UHGV virus genome: UHGV-0188503
Origin: a virus
DNA length: 40,908 bases
Strand: one strand, 5' to 3'
This document shows, piece after piece, positions 15,414 to 23,000 of the stretch. The position numbers were made by a program, and so were the translations under genes. The notes beneath the pieces are model-generated. The model was not told the DNA's origin, did not search any database, and worked only from the letters and a program-made list of their open reading frames with translations. The stretch's first letter is position 1. The number at the start of each line of letters is the position of its first letter.

Positions 15414-16310
15414 TTATTACCTCCTTAAATACCCGCCAGCTCTGTTTCAAGGTCAGCTGTGAGCGAAACAGTTTTCCCGCTGTAATGGGCAGACGGAATG
15501 GATACGGAGGTTTGAGACAGTGCATTGAAAGAGATGTTCTTCCCCTCCGGCATACTGCCCTGTGCAAGCACGCCAACAACCGGTTTTGTCTGATCTCCAT
15601 CTGCATTATAGGCGACAATGGCTTTTTTCCCGGAAAGGAGCTGATCGCAAAGATAAACTTCATCCGATTTGACGGCTGTTGCCCTTATCGTTCCGTCCAG
15701 TTCGTTGAATGTGATACTCACATTTGTAACGCCTTCCGGAATCGTCAGATAAACTCGGCTTGCCCATTTCCCGTCTGTATCTGTCGCTTTGTCAAAAAGA
15801 AGAACAGTTCCGGCAGCAAAAGAAACATCCGTCCCAAGCGTTTTTGAAATTTCTTTGTCCGGCACGGCTTTTACCACCACGGAGGAAAGACCGTAATAAT
15901 CAATTTCCGGTGTGCTGGGATTGTCGTCCTGTGGCGTAACGGTTTGCGGAGATCCGCTTGGCGTGACGGTTTTGCTTTGCAATTTGTATATTTTCTCGGC
16001 TTCCGTAACATCCGTGGTTGCGGAGACGGTGCTTGCGTTCGGATAATACCCGGCGGGAAGCGTTACGGATTGCCCCGGTTTGACTCCTTTTGAGATTGCG
16101 CCGCCGGATTCGCTTTTTTGCACCGGAATTCTCGTTATTGCCACGGTAATATCCGCGAGCTTGCTTTGGTCGTTAATGGCGGAATCACCGGTTGACAGCG
16201 CCATGGTTTTTGATTTTTCCCTGAGTTTATCCCGGTTTGTCTGAATAGCTGCTATTTTTTCACCAACACTCATTTGTTACCTCCTTAAATACCCGCAAGC
16301 GCCGTTTCAA
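15391..16310. repeat. Duplicated 60-bp gene junction (15391-15450 and 16251-16310)
   Basis: 51/60 identical by manual alignment; spans stop, RBS and start of consecutive tail genes. Confidence 0.85.
15425..16273 (-). CDS. Tail fibre-like protein (putative)
   Basis: LQSKTVTPS..QTVTP..GLSSVVV and VTLPAGYY / VSIPSAHYSG motifs; ends ETELAGI. Confidence 0.65.
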   Translation of the reverse strand: MSVGEKIAAIQTNRDKLREKSKTMALSTGDSAINDQSKLADITVAITRIPVQKSESGGAISKGVKPGQSVTLPAGYYPNASTVSATTDVTEAEKIYKLQSKTVTPSGSPQTVTPQDDNPSTPEIDYYGLSSVVVKAVPDKEISKTLGTDVSFAAGTVLLFDKATDTDGKWASRVYLTIPEGVTNVSITFNELDGTIRATAVKSDEVYLCDQLLSGKKAIVAYNADGDQTKPVVGVLAQGSMPEGKNISFNALSQTSVSIPSAHYSGKTVSLTADLETELAGI

Positions 16311-17016
16311 CATCGCCAATGTCGGAAGATATTTTGTCTGTTGCCGCTTTGAAATCTTTATAAGAGACCGGTTTTTCATTGTCATCCGAAGCGGCCGTTT
16401 GGTCAAATGTCTCAACATAAAGCGTTTTCGTTGTTTCATTCAGTTTCAGCCCGCGCCCCAAAATTCCTTTTGTGAAAGGTGTTTCGGTGGAACCGTCTTT
16501 ATAAAGCGCCGTTCCGGCCCTCGACTGTGCCGCAGATGCGGCGTCCTGCGCCGCTTTTGCCGCCGCCTCTGCCGCCGTTCTTTGCGCTGTGAGGAATGTA
16601 ACGGCGTCCTCATCTTCCGGAACGCTTGCCGCCGTAGAATCCAACAGAACGCGGATTTTGGGGGCACACAGCGTTGTGACGCCGTCCGTTACCTTCAGAA
16701 CCAGCACTACTTCTCCCCCTGTACAGTCGGCAAAAGAAATCAAAGAGACAGATGCCGTTCCGTTTTCATTGATCTTGCAACTGAGTGCAACGGTTTCTGT
16801 CGCGGTTGTTTCTGCAGCATCTTCTGTTGCAGCAACTTTCGCTTCATATTCGCCGCAAAGCACCGCCACCGCATCCTGCGGAATCGGAATAATCTGAGAA
16901 CCGTTGCGTAGCTTGAAATTCAGCTTCCGGCTGGTGTCTGTTCTTCCTTTCATCACGGTATACTGCGCAGAATATGAATTATTTATATCCAGTGTAATAT
17001 AGTGAACCGGATACAC
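16285..17016 (-). CDS. Tail fibre anchor protein, BppU-N-like (putative)
   Basis: HYITLDI...DTSRKLNFKL; Ala-rich coiled coil; ends ETALAGI. Confidence 0.6.
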   Translation of the reverse strand: MYPVHYITLDINNSYSAQYTVMKGRTDTSRKLNFKLRNGSQIIPIPQDAVAVLCGEYEAKVAATEDAAETTATETVALSCKINENGTASVSLISFADCTGGEVVLVLKVTDGVTTLCAPKIRVLLDSTAASVPEDEDAVTFLTAQRTAAEAAAKAAQDAASAAQSRAGTALYKDGSTETPFTKGILGRGLKLNETTKTLYVETFDQTAASDDNEKPVSYKDFKAATDKISSDIGDVETALAGI

Positions 17017-17048
17017 TTATACTTCACCCCTTTTCTTTTATTTTCTCA

Positions 17049-17088
17049 AGTATAACAAAAAGGGCAGGCAGTCGGAACTGCCCACCCT
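17049..17088 (-). promoter_or_regulatory. Late-promoter motif copy 3, overlapping the terminator of the polyvalent gene
   Basis: GTGGGCAGTTCCG-N18-TATACT; the motif also forms GGCAGT-TCCG-ACTGCC stem followed by TTTTT. Confidence 0.65.
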
Positions 17089-17097
17089 CCGGCGTCT

Positions 17098-20000
17098 TTA
17101 TCTTTCAATGATCTTCATGCTGATGTTGTAAAGTCCTTTGAGAATTTTCAGAATGTTTTCAATCGGCAACCCGAACGCGCGGGCAAGCTTTCCGGCAAAG
17201 CCTTCAAGGTCTTGCCATTCAAAATTGCCGTTGATGGCGCTCTTGCTGATGTTAACAATTTCAGTTGCAATGTCAGCCGGAACACCGATTGCGTCTACAT
17301 CTCCGAATCCGTAATAACGGTCTCCGGATACGATTGAGTATACCATTTCGTAAATCTCCGTTCCGCCCGTAAATGTGCCGAACAAAGATGACATAAACGC
17401 ATTGGCATATTCAAGCGGGATGTGGGTGATTTCAATCTCTTTTCCAAGACCCATCAGATTCCGGCGGATAAGTTTGCGCGTTCCGTCAATCAGCGCAATA
17501 ATCAGGGCGGCCACCAGTTGAGAGGTAATAGCGCGCGAAAGTTTTACTTTTGCGGCCCGCATCTCTGCGCTTCCTTTTTCAAAGTTTTTCCTTGCATACC
17601 CATATTCCATACAGGCCTCGGCCAGTATGTTGAAGTTCTGCATAATCTGTGTTTTGAACATAAAGAGCGCACGGACCAAAGCGTTGGGATTCCTCAGAAT
17701 GTCCGGCCGTTGCATGACGGTATAGTTCGGCTGAGTGTCATAGGTCACCTGGTTGAATAGTTTTGCAACCTCCTTGTAGTATTCCTCGCTGCCGACCTGC
17801 AAAGCCTTGTTGCTGTCTTTTACATTCTCCTCGCAGGCGTACCAGAGAGAGCCGACCGTGTGCGCGTCCATGGCGGTGATCCAGTTCATAAGCCACGGAA
17901 CCTTTCCCGTCACTGTATCGGAAATACTCTTTCCGCGATAAATATCGCCGATATCCGCGTCCATATACCCTCTTTGCCTGTACCAGAGCAATGGTGTATA
18001 TTTCTGAATGGTCTCAAATGTTTCGCGCCAGTTCTTTTTGCTTGCCCAGTCCTTTGCAAATCGCGCTGTGGCGGTGCCCATGTTCTTCCATCCGAGAACT
18101 GCCGCAGCTGTCGGCAAAGAAGCGGCCTGTTTCAGCGTTACCCCGGCATTGACGGCCAGAACTGCACCGGCATAATTGGAACGGAATTTGTCAAGCACAT
18201 TCGGCTCCTGACGGCGGGCACCGGCAATGTCAAGCAGCAGTTTATCAATGTATTTCGTTGCGCTTGCACCGAAATAATCATTGATCTCTGCTTTCAAAGA
18301 CTTCTGATAGTTTTTGTCCGTAAAGTTGTACACTTTGTTAAAGTTGTGGACAGCCTGAACAAACCCGGCATAGAGCGAAACATCGTTGATATGGCGGTCA
18401 ACAATGGCCGAAATATCCAACAAAAGCAAAGGGTTGGTCGCTCCGACACGGTCTTTTGCCATTCCCATTGCTTCAAGGGAAAAGTTTTTGGAGAATGTGG
18501 CCATGTCTGCTTTGGCGCTCATGAGATATCTTGTGTCTGTTTGAATCGGGAAATAGTTCTTCACCGTGAACCGATTGAACCCATAACGCTCCATGGCCGT
18601 TTTATTAAGCGTATCTCCGGAGAACTCCCAGAAGAAAGCCTTTGCCGCTTCAACATATCGGCGCTCATAAGCGGTAAATTTTTTCTCGATCTGATCCGAA
18701 AGCTCCTTTGCCTTGACCATCATCTCCGCTTTCGCCGTTGCAAGAGAACTTTCAAGACCGGAGATCCTGCCCTCCAGTTCGGCCGCAAGTTTGTTGTTTT
18801 TAAGCGCGCGTGCAGCTTCAAGATCGGCTCTGGTCGTTTCAAGTTGCTCCTGAAGTTGAAAAACAGCGTTTGCAAGGCCGTACACGCGCCGGTCTGTTCC
18901 GCTCCGGAAGGCGCCGTCATAATCGCCCTTGTAATAGGCTTTCATGTTCGGGACAGTCAGTCCGCCCATCATAAAGTGCGCGGCGTTTTGCTCGTTTTGC
19001 AGGTGCATATACAGCGTAATCATCATGCCGCGGCTGATCTCAACCTTTTTGCCGTTCCGGTCTTTCAGACCGATATCCACCATTTCAGCCATGTTGTCGA
19101 TGTTTTCCCTGTTTTGCTTTCCGTTGATCAGATCACTGAATAACAGGTATGCGTCACGCTTAATCGTCAGCATTTGGGTCTGACCGTCATTGAGCATATT
19201 GTAAAGTTTAACGGCGGCAGAACCTTCTCCTTTACCTCCGGAAAGGTAGGAGAAGAATGTGCGCGGGCGCAACTGCATCACAAAATACGGGTCAATGTAT
19301 TTTCTGTTTTTGTGCCCGCTTTTCTCCATGTCTCCGATAAAGTCATGAGACAGTTCCTCCACACTTTCGCGGAATTTGGAGCCGATCAGTTTATTTGCGT
19401 CCGTGGATGTCTTATAGATGGCCTTCATAATGTCATACGCCTTCTGAAGTTGCTCTGTGGTCAGCTCGGAGACAGGCTTCCCGGCAATCTCTTCCCGGAG
19501 ATATTTCAGCATTTGCGAGATCGTCTCGTCATATTCTCCGGTGTTTTTAAAATCATCGGATTCATACCGTTCTCTGAGCTCAGCCAGTTTTTCTTTCAGC
19601 GCGTTTGCGTTCTGCGTGTTTCCGATCAGATATGTTTCCAGCCTTTGCTTTTGCCCACGGAGTTCTTCAATGTGATCCAACACGCGCGGCTCTTCGGCAT
19701 TCTCCCCGGTTGCAAGGTTTTCCATCTCCGCCTCAATCTTTGCAATTTTGGCGGCGCGTTCCTCCATTTTGCGCTGAAGGTCAATATCTCCGTTTCCGAG
19801 CGTATCCAGCACTTCCAGTGCGGAGCGAACAATGCCGGCATTAAAATGCTTGGCAGAACCTTCCGCAGGATGTTCCAGCATGGAAAGGAATTTGCCGGAA
19901 AGCCTGACCATTTTGTCGATCACATTCTGGCGCTCACCCGCCGCCCTGCGCTGTGCGAGTTTTTGGCGGTGTTCTTCAAGGATGGAACGAACCAAGGCGT

Positions 20001-23000
20001 TTTCGCTCTTACGGAATTCGGCCAGTTTGGCGCGGCTGTTTTCGCGTTCCTGCCTTGCCACTTCATTTTGCACCCTGGTGACATAGGCGGCAAGAGGTTT
20101 GGCATTGACAAACTGCGTCAGTCCGCCGTCTGCCGTCTGGATTTTTTGCGTCAGGCTTCGGATCTGTGTGCGGATCTCCGCGCGTTCCGCTGCGCTGTGT
20201 CCTTTGGTGAAATAATCTTTCCACAGTTCGCGCAAGCGGGTATTATATCCGGCCAGTTCTTCCGCTCTTTCCCGATATCTCGCCGCCCAGTTCCGCTCCC
20301 GCTGATTGGTGGCAATCTGTTCAAATGCCTCTGCCAGTGCCAGGCGTGAGGTCACATAGTCCGTTGCGCTTCCGTCTCTTGTCTGGTATTTGGTCGGCTC
20401 GGTCAGGCTGTCTGCAAAAGTGCGGGAAGAGAATTTTTCTGTGTTTTCTCCTGCAATGTCAAAAACTTCATAAAATTTTTTGCCGAAAATGTTGACATTT
20501 CGTTTGGAATAGGTTATACTACCAATAGAGCCACTGCGTTTCAGCTCGATAGGCATTTGGAAGCCTATTGACCGAAGTAAACGAGTGGCTCTTTTTTTGT
20601 CCACATAAAGAACCTCGCTACTTTTAATAGGCTTAATTTTGCCATAGTCTTTTGTATACGCGCTCACTACTTTTTGCATATCGTCAATGACCAAGTGGTT
20701 TTCAACCGGTCTGAGATCCAGTACGGACAGGATCGGAAGGCCGTTTTGCGCTTTTACAGAGCCGAAAATCACAAGCCGCGAATTGATTTTTCCTCCGCCG
20801 CCATTATTCCAACTTTTCAGGATCAGGACGGGATCACTAAGGATCTGCGGGATTTTCTGAATTTCCGAGATCGTCATTTCCGGGTGCTCATTCAAAATTG
20901 TTTTGATCTTGTCCCCCTTCATGTAGATCTCATTTTCCATCGCGCCAAGGCCTTGCAGCACATCACCGGTATATCCAAGAGAAAAGTCTGCGCCTGCCGC
21001 CATCCCTTTTTTGTACCACTCGCCCACATCGTCCGAAAAGTCTTTTGCATATTTCGCCGCTTCTTCCGGAATCCTTTCGGAGTACCGGATATCCACATTT
21101 CCGGTTGGTTCAATACCTTCGTCAAAGAAAGCGTTGATATCGGACAAGATCCGCTTGGCACTTGTAAAACGCTTATACTCGGCACTTGCAACAGTATCTC
21201 CGTTCTTGTTGTCAAAATCCAAAACCACTTCGCCATTAAAACGGCTGATGTATCGCTCCAGAGCAGTTGTTTGCGCCGCGTTGGGTTTAACGCTCAGGTT
21301 GATTCCGCCACTTTCCGGCATAACGCGAATATTCCCGGCCTGCATGAATTGAACCATCGCATCCGAACCGCTCTCTCCGTAATTGCCGTCAAAAGCATCC
21401 CAAATATCACGGTGATCCACAGTTCTGTAACCGCCCGGCGAGCCGTCTTTTCTTCCGCTGAAATCCAGCATTTTCCCGTCCAGCAAAATATATCCGGCTT
21501 CTCTTACATTGTAAGTTGTCCCGAAGTATTCTTCTGCCGTTTTTACATCTTCTTCGTTGCTTCGCGTAGAATATCGCATATCAGGATTTGCAGTATTATC
21601 GGCAAGAAAAGACTTAACATTTGCCGACCATCCATTTGCAGAGCGTTTGAGTGGCATATCAAAATGCACTTCGCCTTCAAATATGTCATTTACGCGCAAC
21701 TGTGTTGAAGGTATTTTGAGAGTGAGCACGGTATCGCCATAGTCAGAGGCATAGCCTTCTCTTTTGCTTGAGAAAAACAAAGCATCTTCGTTTGCCTTCA
21801 TAATTCCGGTTTTGCGAATCTCGGCGGCACTTTCTTTGCTCGTTCTGTGATAAACAGTAATTCTTCCGTCAGCCGACACTTCCGCGCTTGGATCATAAAT
21901 GCGCAATTCCTCAAGCAAAGCTTCATTAACAACGGCGTTTTTATTTAAGGTGTATCCGTGAACAACTTTTGTATCTGCGCCGCCCCGAATGGACGCTTTT
22001 TCCGATTTTTCCGAAATATTTTCAAAATTTCCGGAATTTTTTTCGGAAAAAGTATTGACTTTTGCGATGGAATCGGATACTCTATTCTTAGAAGATCTGT
22101 CGTTAATAATGCCCAACGAGTTATGCAGTTGGGGATTAACTTGCGACAGATTTTCTTTTTCGTATTCAACAGCGGTAGCCTTTTTAATCAGATTTCTGGC
22201 ATAGTTATCTTTGGCTTGGAAAAAAGTCACAACAAGATTGTAAGCCTTATATTTATCGTCAATCTGTTTTACGGTATCCATTTCAACGGACACAATACTG
22301 TTGTTTCCTTTTTTATTTTCGATTGTCGCAATTAGGTTAATGCGGTTTTCGCTGATACGGATAATTGCTTCCGGATCAGAAAGAACACGGTAAAGACTAT
22401 CTGTGAAATCCGCTCCAAGATCATGATAATTTCCGTCCAGGGCACCGGATGAACGCGCACTGAGATAGGCCGCATCAAACCGGATAATGACGGGAAGATT
22501 TTTTGCGCCTTTTACATGGTTCAAAACAACATCCGGCGTTTGATTCAAAACAGTGATATACGGTTGCTCAGCCTTACGCCGCTTTGCTTCATCGTCTGAC
22601 ATCTCCAAAATATCACGAATCTCGTTCCGAAAAGACGCTTTGTTTTGATTCTCCTCTCTTTCCCACTTTCCGTCTTTGAGCAGTTTATAATTGGCAGAAG
22701 CTCTGAGAATGAGCTCATTGAACATCTGCTGCGCCTGTTCGTAGGCTTTTGCGTCCCCGGCCGATACCGTCTTTCCTTCTTCCGTCTTCGCCTGTGCGCC
22801 GTTCCATGCGCGCTTAAAGGCGGAGATTTTTCTTTTCATCCGATCAATGACATTTCCGAGAATACGCAGTACACCCTTGTATTTCGGCTTCTGAAGATCT
22901 TCCGTGACGGTCTCCATGTCCACGCGAACTTCTCCGGCCTGATTTCCAAGTTCAACTTTCAAGCCGAGAAATCCCTTTAAAAACATTTCCGAAGCGTCCG

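Noticed and set aside
20584..20600. -1 frameshift signal (A-run before the hairpin on the coding strand)
   Set aside because: The A-run abuts the stem with no spacer and is the complement of the terminator T tract; the promoter geometry favours the antisense RNA reading.
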